Positions 17,321-25,923 of a DNA stretch of 64,000 nucleotides are shown here, one piece after another. Each line of letters opens with the position of its first letter. The first letter of the stretch is position 1. This DNA comes from Pseudorhizobium sp. GTDB taxonomy: Bacteria; Pseudomonadota; Alphaproteobacteria; Rhizobiales; Rhizobiaceae. The notes beneath the pieces are model-generated. The model worked only from the letters and a program-made list of their open reading frames with translations, was not told where the DNA came from and did no database searches. The stretch covers positions 580 to 64,579 of the forward strand of contig JBKBXP010000001.1 in assembly GCA_046314035.1 (NCBI GenBank), written 5' to 3'. Made by a program: the position numbers and the translations under genes.

Positions 17321-20248
17321 ATGCTGTCGGTAGCCAATGTCCGCACAGCAGGCGGCGCGGCCAACTACTTCGCTGCCGACAATTACTACACGCGGGCTGA
17401 TGCCGATCGCTCGGGTGAATGGCTGGGCAAGGGCGCTGCGGCGCTCGGGCTCAAAGGGGCCGTCGACGCGCGGCAGTTCGAGGCAATCCTCAAGGGGATG
17501 TTGCCTGACGGGAGCCGCGTCGGCAGTGACAACCGGGCGCACCGGGCGGGGACCGATCTCACCTTTTCGATGCCGAAAAGCTGGTCGGTCCTCGCTCTGG
17601 TGGGCGGCGACAAACGGATCCTCGACGTCTACGCTGCGGCCGTCCGGGAAACCCTGCGCTGGGCCGAGAAGAACCTCGCCGAGACCCGGATGGAGGTTCG
17701 CGGCAGGGAGCGAGCCGTTCAGACCGGCAACTTTGCGATCGCGCTGTTCCAGCACGACACCAATCGCAACCAGGAGCCCAACGCTCACTTCCATGCCGTC
17801 ATTGCCAATGTGACGAGAGGGGCCGATGGCAAATGGCGGGCATTGCGCAACGACAAGCTCTGGCAGCACAATACCCTCCTCAATGCCATGACGATGGCGC
17901 GGTTTCGTCTGAGCGTCGAAAAGCTCGGCTACGAGGTCGGTGAGTTCGGCAAGCACGGCAATTTCGAGGCCGTCGGGGTGCCCAAGCCGGTCCGCGATGC
18001 CTTCAGTTCCCGGCGAGCTGAAATCCTGGAAGCGGCCGCCCAGATGAACTTCTCAGGGCCAGGCGTGCTCGATGCTGCAACCTTGATGACCCGGGTCGAC
18101 AAGGGGCGGATCGAAGATCGCGATGCGCTGACCCAGAAGTGGCAGGAAACGTCCGCAAGGTTGGGCTTTGATCCCGCCACCGTCATCGCCCAAGCCAATG
18201 CTCGCAGTGCGCAGGATCTTGGCAATGTGACCGGCTTGAGGCCAACGATGCGCGCGCTTGTTCGCAATGTTCAGGCCCTTGCAACCTTCTTTGCCGAGCG
18301 CCTTGGCCTGCGCGAAGGTGACCCGCTGATACCTAGCAGGCTGACCAATCGCAGCGTCGAGCAGGTCGCCGCAATTCATGCGGTCGCCTCGGCTGTCCGG
18401 CATCTCGGCGAGCGGGAAGCCGCCTTCACTCGGGCCGACATCTACCGTGCAGCGCTTGGCTTTGCGCTGCCGACTTCACTTGCAGACATCGAGCACCGCG
18501 TCGACCAGCTGCTCCGCCAGGGGCATCTGGAGAGGGGCAGGGGCGCCGACCGGGAACTGCTGACGACACGCGATGCTATCAGCCTCGAACAGCGCATCAT
18601 TGCTGGGGTCGAAAAGGGGCGCGGTGCCGCGCCGGCGATTGTCTCTCCTGAGCTTGCAGGGACCCGTCTGCAGGCCCTATCCCAGATCAAATACGGGCTG
18701 ACCCTGAATGCGGGACAGGAAGGGGCAGGACGTCTGCTGCTTGGTTCGAACAACCGGATCGTCGCGATCCAGGGCGTCGCGGGTGCAGGCAAGAGCACGG
18801 TCCTCAAACCTGTCGCCGATATCCTGCGCGAGGAGGGCCGGGCCGTGCTCGGGCTCGCTGTGCAGAACACGCTGGTCCAGATGCTCGAGCGCGATACGGG
18901 TATTCCATCGATGACGGTGTCGCGGTTCCTCGCTCGGCACCGCGACCTCCTGGAAAGAGCCGATGCGGACCGTCTCGCCGAGGCGCGGGCCGACATGCGC
19001 GGCACCGTCGTGCTGCTCGACGAGGCCTCGATGGTCGGGAATGCCGACAAGGAAAAGCTGGTGCGCCTGGCAAACCTGCTCGAACTCGGCCGCTTTGCGA
19101 GCATTGGTGACCGCAAGCAGCTGGGCGCAGTCGATGCCGGAAAGCCCTTCGATGTGATGCAGCAGGCCGGCATTGAGACGGCCGTCATGAGCACCAATCT
19201 TCGCGCGCGCAGCGAAGGCCTTCGTGAAGCGCAACAGGCAGCGCAACAAGGGCGCATCCAGGACGCCATGCGCCACCTCGCACCCCAGGTGATCGAGGTG
19301 GGGAACGATGCTGCTGTCGATGCCGCCGCCGCTTGGTTGTCGCTCTCGTCAGCCGGGCGCGAGACAACTGCAATCTATGCTTCAGGCCGAATCCTGCGCA
19401 GCGCCGTGAACGAGGCTGTGCAGACCGGCCTCAAAGCGAGCGGGGAGATTGGGCCAGTATCAATGCGGCTCCAGACCCTCTCGCGCGTCAATGTAACCCG
19501 TGAGGAGCTGCGCTATGCGAGCACCTATGCCCCCGGCATGGTGGTCGATGTCGCGCGGCGTCAGCGCAGCCAGGGCCTTGCAGCAGGCGAATACCGGGTG
19601 GTCGGAACTGATGTGGCGCGCGAGCGGGTCACGCTGGAGAACGCGCGTGGCCGCCAGTTCGAGTTTCGTCCCGGTCAGATCAGGCCGCAAGGTGAGCAGG
19701 ATCCGCTACGCCTGTTCGAAGTTCGTGCCCTCGACATTTACACCGGTGACAGGATCCGTTGGACCGACACCGATCACCAGCGGGGCCTGCTCAATGCCGA
19801 CCAGGCCCGGATTGTCGCAGTCGACAAAGAGGCTGTCGTGCTGAAGACATCCTTGGGCGCAGAGCACAGGCTCGAACGCGACGATCCAATGCTGCGACGT
19901 CTCGATCTCGCCTATGCGCTCAATGCCCATATGGCACAGGGGCTGACTTCCGATCGCGGCATTGCTGTCATGGACAGTCGCGAGCGTAATCTGGCCAACC
20001 AGCAGACGTTCCTGGTGACAGTCACGCGGCTGCGCGATGGTCTCACGCTCTTTGTCGATAATGCTGGCAAGCTCGAAGCGGCGGTCGAACGCAATGCTGG
20101 CATGAAGCGCTCGGCGTTGGAAACGGTCGATCTCCTCCGCGATGCGGCAGCCAAAGGGCAGGCCAAAGATCGTGTCGATCCTGCACCGGAACGCACGCCG
20201 CCAGAACTTGACCGGTCGATCACGAAGCCGTTCGAGATCGGCATCTAG
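17321..20248 (+). CDS. trwC: MOBF relaxase-helicase TrwC/TraI
   Basis: N-terminal NYF..DNYY tyrosines, DLTFSMPKSWS, HUH motif HDTNRNQEPNAHFH, helicase GVAGAGKS and DEASM. Confidence 0.95.
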   Translation: MLSVANVRTAGGAANYFAADNYYTRADADRSGEWLGKGAAALGLKGAVDARQFEAILKGMLPDGSRVGSDNRAHRAGTDLTFSMPKSWSVLALVGGDKRILDVYAAAVRETLRWAEKNLAETRMEVRGRERAVQTGNFAIALFQHDTNRNQEPNAHFHAVIANVTRGADGKWRALRNDKLWQHNTLLNAMTMARFRLSVEKLGYEVGEFGKHGNFEAVGVPKPVRDAFSSRRAEILEAAAQMNFSGPGVLDAATLMTRVDKGRIEDRDALTQKWQETSARLGFDPATVIAQANARSAQDLGNVTGLRPTMRALVRNVQALATFFAERLGLREGDPLIPSRLTNRSVEQVAAIHAVASAVRHLGEREAAFTRADIYRAALGFALPTSLADIEHRVDQLLRQGHLERGRGADRELLTTRDAISLEQRIIAGVEKGRGAAPAIVSPELAGTRLQALSQIKYGLTLNAGQEGAGRLLLGSNNRIVAIQGVAGAGKSTVLKPVADILREEGRAVLGLAVQNTLVQMLERDTGIPSMTVSRFLARHRDLLERADADRLAEARADMRGTVVLLDEASMVGNADKEKLVRLANLLELGRFASIGDRKQLGAVDAGKPFDVMQQAGIETAVMSTNLRARSEGLREAQQAAQQGRIQDAMRHLAPQVIEVGNDAAVDAAAAWLSLSSAGRETTAIYASGRILRSAVNEAVQTGLKASGEIGPVSMRLQTLSRVNVTREELRYASTYAPGMVVDVARRQRSQGLAAGEYRVVGTDVARERVTLENARGRQFEFRPGQIRPQGEQDPLRLFEVRALDIYTGDRIRWTDTDHQRGLLNADQARIVAVDKEAVVLKTSLGAEHRLERDDPMLRRLDLAYALNAHMAQGLTSDRGIAVMDSRERNLANQQTFLVTVTRLRDGLTLFVDNAGKLEAAVERNAGMKRSALETVDLLRDAAAKGQAKDRVDPAPERTPPELDRSITKPFEIGI

Positions 20249-20293
20249 CGTCCCACTGTCCTCATGCGTCCGCACATGGCCGATTGACGCGAA

Positions 20294-20308
20294 GTTCTTT
20301 ATTTGTTC
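20294..20308 (+). promoter_or_regulatory. LexA box
   Basis: GTTC-TTTATTT-GTTC, downstream of TTGACG (20284) and 10 nt before ATG 20319. Confidence 0.7.
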
Positions 20309-20318
20309 TCATTGACCC

Positions 20319-20558
20319 ATGCCCCGAATCTCCGATGATATCCTCCTTACTCATCTCGAAGTCGCGCTGGCCGTTGCGCCGGAGCACACGCTCGTTCGTC
20401 TCAATGCCGATGATCCACGCGCCCAGCGCAACGCCAGGGTCGATCTGGCTCGTCATCTTGTCGAGCGCATGCGCGGTTTCACCATCGAAGGCGACAGCCA
20501 TGGCGGTCCAGGCGCGCAGCCGTGCCTGTTTCCGGGCGATCTGTCGCCGATCGGATGA
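20319..20558 (+). CDS. Small hypothetical protein (DUF6771-like), SOS-boxed
   Basis: 79 aa ORF directly downstream of a LexA box. Confidence 0.6.
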   Translation: MPRISDDILLTHLEVALAVAPEHTLVRLNADDPRAQRNARVDLARHLVERMRGFTIEGDSHGGPGAQPCLFPGDLSPIG

Positions 20559-20581
20559 ACTGGTAGTCTTCCCGAGGAGGG

Positions 20582-20779
20582 TTACTGTAGTGGCCGGTCC
20601 GGGGCGTTGGAGCTCAGCTGAACAATTCGCTCGGCGATAGCCTGCCATGTCCGAATGCCCGCCTCGTCGCCAGCAAGTGCGAGCGCCCCAATCTGCTCGG
20701 CGACGTGCAAGGGAGCCTTGTCCCCATGAGTTTGCAAGACATGGTTGGCGCAGGCCCAGAGCTCCCAGTCGCTCAGCAT
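20582..20779 (-). CDS. Small hypothetical protein (DUF6961-like)
   Basis: MLSDWELWACANHVLQTHGDKAP...WQAIAERI; start overlaps the upstream stop. Confidence 0.65.
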   Translation of the reverse strand: MLSDWELWACANHVLQTHGDKAPLHVAEQIGALALAGDEAGIRTWQAIAERIVQLSSNAPDRPLQ

Positions 20780-21084
20780 CAGCGCAGCAGGCTGACGACA
20801 CCGCCAACCGCCGCGTAAAGACCGTAGGCGACGAAGGCTGCGGCAAGGAGGAGTTCGAGCCGGAGTTTGAAGGCAGTCGGACGAGGCTGTCCGGCTGGCC
20901 ATATCTGGTCACAGACAAATCCGTTGAACCCCGAACGCTCCCCGACAACTTCGACGCGAGCGCCGATGAATTTCCGTACCTGGCGGGTGTTGTCGAGTTC
21001 CCAAGTCCCGCCACCGTCAGTTCGCAGCACCGGTCCGTTGGCCGCCCATTCGACGATACCGGTCAGATGCGTGGTGCTGCTCAC
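20779..21084 (-). CDS. OB-fold-like membrane-anchored protein (DUF5818-like)
   Basis: GPVLRTDGGGTWELD...GARVEVVGERSGF plus a C-terminal TM helix; GTGA overlap with the nuclease gene. Confidence 0.65.
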   Translation of the reverse strand: MSSTTHLTGIVEWAANGPVLRTDGGGTWELDNTRQVRKFIGARVEVVGERSGFNGFVCDQIWPAGQPRPTAFKLRLELLLAAAFVAYGLYAAVGGVVSLLR

Positions 21085-21506
21085 CGGCAAGCCGGGCCTT
21101 TCCAGTAGCGATCCCAACGCAGGACCGTGCCGGTCTTGATCATGGCGCATGACAGATCGGCACCTGACGGCAGACGGCACCAGGCAGCGGTCCTGTTTCC
21201 GCCTGCGGACCCCTCGGAGCGGCATGTCAGCCGCGGACCTCTGACCACCACATGACCGGTCGAAATTGTTCCCTTCGCGCCACCCATCAGCTGTACAAGG
21301 GCGTCGCGCGCTTCAATTGCCGTGGCATTTGGGCAGGGCTGATTGGTGCGGCAGGTGCCGTCCATTTCCCGGGCCGCGATGCCGGCGATCCGCAGGTGAG
21401 GGCCTTCCGCACACCAGACCGGACCGTCTCCATCCCAGACATGAGTCGGTGTGCAGGTAAAGGTCTGTCCGGAAGCGACGATCGAAGCGGCAAGGAGGGC
21501 AAGCAT
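21081..21506 (-). CDS. Secreted thermonuclease (SNase-like)
   Basis: Signal-like N-terminus, VWDGDG, LRIAGIAARE and DLSCAMIKTG motifs. Confidence 0.75.
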   Translation of the reverse strand: MLALLAASIVASGQTFTCTPTHVWDGDGPVWCAEGPHLRIAGIAAREMDGTCRTNQPCPNATAIEARDALVQLMGGAKGTISTGHVVVRGPRLTCRSEGSAGGNRTAAWCRLPSGADLSCAMIKTGTVLRWDRYWKGPACR

Positions 21507-21518
21507 CAGAGAACCACC

Positions 21519-22160
21519 TTAGAGCGCCCGTCCGAACCAGAGAACCCGTCCGACGATATTGAGCGTGCGTTTCTCGAGGCCGCGCCAGCTTGGATAGGCC
21601 GGGTTGTCGCTCAGAACCGACGCCCGCTTGCCCTGCGGTTCGAGGGCAATGCGCTTTACGCTCAACATGTCGTCCATCCGCAGGACATAGATCCCGTCTC
21701 TCAGCCGCGACTGGCCATCCCCGAGATCGACCATAACCTCGTCGCCATCGTGGAGGGTGGGCTCCATGGAGTCCCCATGGACCGCGATAATCGAGAGGCT
21801 CGATGCCTTGCTCGCGGTCAGTCGGCGAAGCCACTTCTCGTCGAAGCCGAACTGCGCGGATTTGGCTTCCATTTCGGCCAGAGCGCCATGGCCGGCCGAT
21901 GCCTCGACATTGAGCAAAGGCACATGGACCAGTTCGACGACCGGGCCTAAGCGGCGGGCAGGGGCTCCAAGAACCTTCTCATCGACCCCGAAAAATCGCG
22001 CCAGAACCGAGCGGTCCTGCTCGTCCAGCTGCCTCGGGCTGCCGCGCCGAATATACTGCTGGATGTAAGCGGCATTGCGCCCCAACAGGCGCGAAACCGA
22101 GGAGTAATTCACCCCTCGTTGCTGGATCAGTTCGTCCAGGGCTCTCCGTGCGTCGTCCAT
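21519..22160 (-). CDS. cI/LexA-like repressor with HTH and S24 autopeptidase domain
   Basis: HTH, cleavage loop EASAGHG, catalytic GDSMEP Ser and SVKRI Lys. Confidence 0.9.
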   Translation of the reverse strand: MDDARRALDELIQQRGVNYSSVSRLLGRNAAYIQQYIRRGSPRQLDEQDRSVLARFFGVDEKVLGAPARRLGPVVELVHVPLLNVEASAGHGALAEMEAKSAQFGFDEKWLRRLTASKASSLSIIAVHGDSMEPTLHDGDEVMVDLGDGQSRLRDGIYVLRMDDMLSVKRIALEPQGKRASVLSDNPAYPSWRGLEKRTLNIVGRVLWFGRAL

Positions 22161-22184
22161 GACTGCCAGTCCTATCGCGGGCAC

Positions 22185-22241
22185 CTAGGAAAATCGATCC
22201 TAGACTCTAGGAAGCCTTCCTAGTAAGAACATAACAGGAAC
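22185..22241. promoter_or_regulatory. Divergent switch region: two CTAGGA..TCCTAG palindromes plus a LexA box
   Basis: CTAGGA-N7-TCCTAG (22185-22203), CTAGGAAG-C-CTTCCTAG (22207-22223) and GAAC-ATAACAG-GAAC (22227-22241). Confidence 0.75.
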
Positions 22242-22260
22242 TCAAGCTAAAAGCGAGTCT

Positions 22261-22491
22261 ATGGCGATGGAGCTATTGGAGCAGATCGAGGCATATCTAG
22301 CGCGAACACGGACGTCGCCGAGCACCTTCGGCAGACTAGCGGTTGGTGACCCTAGGTTCGTGGTTGATCTTCGGTCAGGACGAAAGCCAAGACGTCAAAC
22401 CCATGATCGCGTGAAGCTTTACCTTATGGCGCAGGGCGGGGCCGGTTACCCCAAATTCAAAACCTGCCCAGTGCATGAGGGCTTTCAATAG
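22261..22491 (+). CDS. Cro-like small HTH protein
   Basis: LLEQIEAYL...SPSTFGRLAVGDPRFVVDLRSGR; divergent from the S24 repressor. Confidence 0.8.
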   Translation: MAMELLEQIEAYLARTRTSPSTFGRLAVGDPRFVVDLRSGRKPRRQTHDRVKLYLMAQGGAGYPKFKTCPVHEGFQ

Positions 22492-22701
22492 CTACCACTG
22501 ATTAATTCGCTTTCGCGACGAATGCGCGAATCGCGGCTATTCAAAGGGAGCGGCGCTCCCCCCTTTTCTTGTTTGTAGGCTTGTTACGGATCAGTGATCG
22601 GGTCTCGGGGTTGCGATCCGTCCTCACAGGCGTATTTGTCGGCGGGCATGGCGCTTTCAACCTAGAAGATTGCCCTGCCTTGTGCCGAAATTGTAGAATA
22701 A

Positions 22702-22730
22702 GCCTATATATAGGATATCAAAAAATAGGC
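22702..22730 (+). promoter_or_regulatory. Palindromic operator upstream of the XRE gene
   Basis: CCTATATATAGG (22703-22714) and GCCTAT/ATAGGC inverted repeat in an AT-rich stretch. Confidence 0.45.
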
Positions 22731-22760
22731 ATAATTGCTCCATCGTAACTGGAGACGCAT

Positions 22761-23687
22761 ATGCCTCGCATCAATCCTTTAAGACTTCGCCATTATCGGA
22801 CGAAGCAGAATCTCAGCCAGGATGACCTCAGCCGTCAATCCGGTGTCGACAAGGGCACGATCTTTCGCATCGAAGCCGGCAAGACCAAGCGCAACGGAGT
22901 CCGTGTCATTGAGGCGCTTGCCAAACCGTTGAAGATCGAGCCAGTTCAGCTCACTGCGGCTGACGCAGAGGGCATGGAGCCGGCTGCCGACGAGCTCTTT
23001 CCGAAAACGCAACTCAATATGCGGGTCACCCCCGAGGTCCGCAACGCTCTCGCGCTAGTCAGCCTTCGCTATGGAGTGAAGCCGACCGAGGTGATCGAGT
23101 TCGCCCCATTGCTGTTCCACCTCGCGGCGTGCGAAAGCCTGAAGGACCGGACTCAGAGGCTCGAGCAGCTTCAGTCCGCCCGCGCAGGTGTCGAAGCATT
23201 TAGCGGCCGCTTCAAGCATATCACGGAGCGCCTTGTAAGCGATTGGGATGCTGAGAACCTCGAGATGATGGAGGCGCGCTCGATCGCGGCCCGTGATCTT
23301 CGAGGTGATCGCCTCGATGACGGAGACTCAGTTACTGACAGTCGGCCCTTGGGATATGACGACGGCGAAGCCAACCCCTTCGTGGTCCACCTTAGGGAGC
23401 GACTGGAAGCTGTCCAAGTCGGGGAGTCCGATAAGCTGGAAGGTTGGTTCTCTTATGCCGGCGTACGATATGAAATCTGCCGCGAACAGGCCCTCGAGTG
23501 GTTCGGAGGCGACGAAGATGCTGCGGATGACTTTGTAGGCGGCCGGTTCAGCATCAGCGACATGCCGCGTGACCTTCGTGCTGCGGAACCTGCCGAGCGG
23601 GTAGCTTGGGTCGCAGAGAAACGCGTGGAATTAGCAGAGCGCTCGAAAGCCTGGAGCGCCTCGCTCGGATTGGAGGGGCTGCTATGA
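22761..23687 (+). CDS. XRE-family HTH protein with large acidic C-terminal region
   Basis: LRHYRTKQNLSQDDLSRQSGVDKGTIFRIEAGK HTH, then a TQLNMRV...NALALV RHH-like segment. Confidence 0.8.
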   Translation: MPRINPLRLRHYRTKQNLSQDDLSRQSGVDKGTIFRIEAGKTKRNGVRVIEALAKPLKIEPVQLTAADAEGMEPAADELFPKTQLNMRVTPEVRNALALVSLRYGVKPTEVIEFAPLLFHLAACESLKDRTQRLEQLQSARAGVEAFSGRFKHITERLVSDWDAENLEMMEARSIAARDLRGDRLDDGDSVTDSRPLGYDDGEANPFVVHLRERLEAVQVGESDKLEGWFSYAGVRYEICREQALEWFGGDEDAADDFVGGRFSISDMPRDLRAAEPAERVAWVAEKRVELAERSKAWSASLGLEGLL

Positions 23688-23986
23688 TCGCCCTTGAAAA
23701 CGACGATGGTGGCATCCGCAGGCGCCGAGAGCCTAGCCTTAGCAGACATGCGCGCCAGCGCATGAAGGATCGATCTATTCCGCTGTCAGTCGTCGAAGCT
23801 CTGCTGGACTTCGGTGAACGGATGTCGGGTGGCACCGGCACTGAGATCTGTTTTTTCACCAAGAAAAGCTGGCGTCGCTTCGCTTCCTATCTCGGCTTGG
23901 AGGCCCGCCATTTCGAGCGTTATCGTAGTGCCTACGTCGTGGTCGCAAAAGATGGCGAGGTGATCACAACCTGCTGGCGTCACTAA
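23684..23986 (+). CDS. Small basic DUF4258-like protein (putative RNase toxin)
   Basis: SRHARQRMKDRSI...LLDFG...VVVAKDGEVITT pattern; ATGA overlap with the XRE gene. Confidence 0.65.
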   Translation: MIALENDDGGIRRRREPSLSRHARQRMKDRSIPLSVVEALLDFGERMSGGTGTEICFFTKKSWRRFASYLGLEARHFERYRSAYVVVAKDGEVITTCWRH

Positions 23987-24082
23987 GTCGACCGAATGGC
24001 AGTTAGATCCGCTGTCGTCGGTTTCCATTGATTGGGGCCAGCCATTTAGTACAAGCTAGAATGCTGGAAAAAGGGGGTAAGT

Positions 24083-25921
24083 TTGTCGTCACATCCGTCT
24101 GCTGCGGCTTGGGTTCGGTTCCTGCGGAACTATGGCCCGATCCCGACCAACGACAATATGTACGACGAATCGATTCAGCGTGCCCTGAAACGCGGCAAGA
24201 TCGCGCCTATCACGCTACCTGCACCGCTAGTGGATCGCCTAGTCGAGAATTTTAGGAGCAGCGCGCCCGTATCGCATATCATCACCGGTACTGCCGGAGA
24301 CGGTAAGACTTATCACTGCCGCGAAGTGTGGACCAAGCTCGGTGGCGACCCAGTCGTCTGGAGCGGCGGCGAGAAGGTACAAACCCTAACGATCGGCTCA
24401 CGATCGCTGGTGATTGTGAAGGACCTGAGCGAACTTCGCGACGATGAGAGTGCAACGCTTATCGCGGCCTTCGCACGTGATGTCGCAGACCCTCAGGCTT
24501 CGACGACCTATCTGTTAGCCGCCAACCACGGGCAGTTGCTCGAGAAGCTCAAATCCGCCCCGCACAGTCCAGAGATCGAGCGTGTGACAGCAGTCGTCGA
24601 GGAACTCCTCGTCACCGGTCTCAATCCGGACACTGCGATCGCTGTCGATCTCGACGACCTCAGCCGTTCACCAGCCGCTGACATGGCAATGCGCATTATC
24701 GACGAAATCACCGCACATGAAGGATGGGATGGTTGCGGCTCCTGCGCCGCCAACTTGGGTGATAACGTCTGCCCGATCTTCGAGAACCGCCGACGGTTGA
24801 TCGGTGAAGGGCCAGACGATCCGTTCAAGGGCCGCGTCACGGCGCTGATCGAGCTGAGCGAGCGCAACGGTAACCACTTCCCGGTGCGCCAATTGCTTGC
24901 ACTTGTCGCCAACAGCATCCTTGGTCATCCCGATGCGCGTGATGGATTGATGAATTGCGCTGAAGTGCCGTCAATCGTCCAGAGTGGTCGCGTTGACCTT
25001 GCGAGCATCTATCGCAACATCTTCGGCGAGAATCTCCGACCGAGCAAAGCTGAAAAGACTGAGCTGTTCCGGAAGCTGAATGCCTTCGGGATCGGCTCGG
25101 AAACCAGCAATCGGGTCGACAATCTCCTCGTCTACGGAGCCGATGATCCCGCTTATGCTGAGGACTACGCGAAGCTTGTCCTTGCAGACCCAATCTATGG
25201 TGCGACCCCGGCTTACATGGTTGCCCAGAAGGCTTACCTCGAAGGTGCCGAGGGTAGTGATCGGACTGGGTTTCTAGCGGCACTTCGATCTCAGCGGCAG
25301 CGGCTCTTCTTCACAATGCCGGAGGCACTTGCCAGCGAGTACGATCTTTGGGACCTGACTGTTTTTCGCTATGCTGGTCTTTATCTCGACGTTGCGGCGA
25401 GGGCCTCCGCGAAACAACCAGTGCCTCGCCAAGCCGTCACAATGGTCGTCCGTGGCCTTAATCGCATTTTCACCGGAATGCTGGCGCAGAACCAGGATGA
25501 GCTCGTTCTCGCAACTTCCGGCAGCTACTCGCAGTCGAAGCGAAGCCCGCTCCTTGATGAGCTGATTTCCGTTCCACGGCAGGGTGGCGAGGAGGTCTCG
25601 ATAGCGCCGGATGGCGTTGGTGGTTTCTGTGTTTCCGTGAAGCTCGTTCGCGGTAGTGAGATTCCGCCGGTCACCCTCTCGCTCTCGCCAACACGCTTCG
25701 AATTTCTCGGGCGCGTCGCGGAAGGCGCTCTCCCGAGCAGTTTCTCGCTCGAATGTCATGAGGATCTCTTGGCGTTTAAAGCGAGATTGCTCCGGGAGAC
25801 TGAAAATCGCCGCAAGCTCGATGGGGACGATGAAATCAACGAGGGCGAGTTGATGCTCCGTTTCATCGACCTTGGCAGCGATGGCCGTGCGGTTGCCCGC
25901 CGCGTAATTGTGCGAGTGTAA
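24083..25921 (+). CDS. sspF: Phosphorothioate-dependent restriction ATPase SspF-like
   Basis: Walker A GTAGDGKT, IVKDLSE, AANHGQL; first of three coupled genes beside sspABCD. Confidence 0.7.
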   Translation: MSSHPSAAAWVRFLRNYGPIPTNDNMYDESIQRALKRGKIAPITLPAPLVDRLVENFRSSAPVSHIITGTAGDGKTYHCREVWTKLGGDPVVWSGGEKVQTLTIGSRSLVIVKDLSELRDDESATLIAAFARDVADPQASTTYLLAANHGQLLEKLKSAPHSPEIERVTAVVEELLVTGLNPDTAIAVDLDDLSRSPAADMAMRIIDEITAHEGWDGCGSCAANLGDNVCPIFENRRRLIGEGPDDPFKGRVTALIELSERNGNHFPVRQLLALVANSILGHPDARDGLMNCAEVPSIVQSGRVDLASIYRNIFGENLRPSKAEKTELFRKLNAFGIGSETSNRVDNLLVYGADDPAYAEDYAKLVLADPIYGATPAYMVAQKAYLEGAEGSDRTGFLAALRSQRQRLFFTMPEALASEYDLWDLTVFRYAGLYLDVAARASAKQPVPRQAVTMVVRGLNRIFTGMLAQNQDELVLATSGSYSQSKRSPLLDELISVPRQGGEEVSIAPDGVGGFCVSVKLVRGSEIPPVTLSLSPTRFEFLGRVAEGALPSSFSLECHEDLLAFKARLLRETENRRKLDGDDEINEGELMLRFIDLGSDGRAVARRVIVRV

Positions 25922-25923
25922 AG

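Noticed and set aside
21519-22491. Prophage suggested by the cI/cro-like pair
   Set aside because: No phage structural, packaging, lysis or replication genes; the context is a conjugative backbone.
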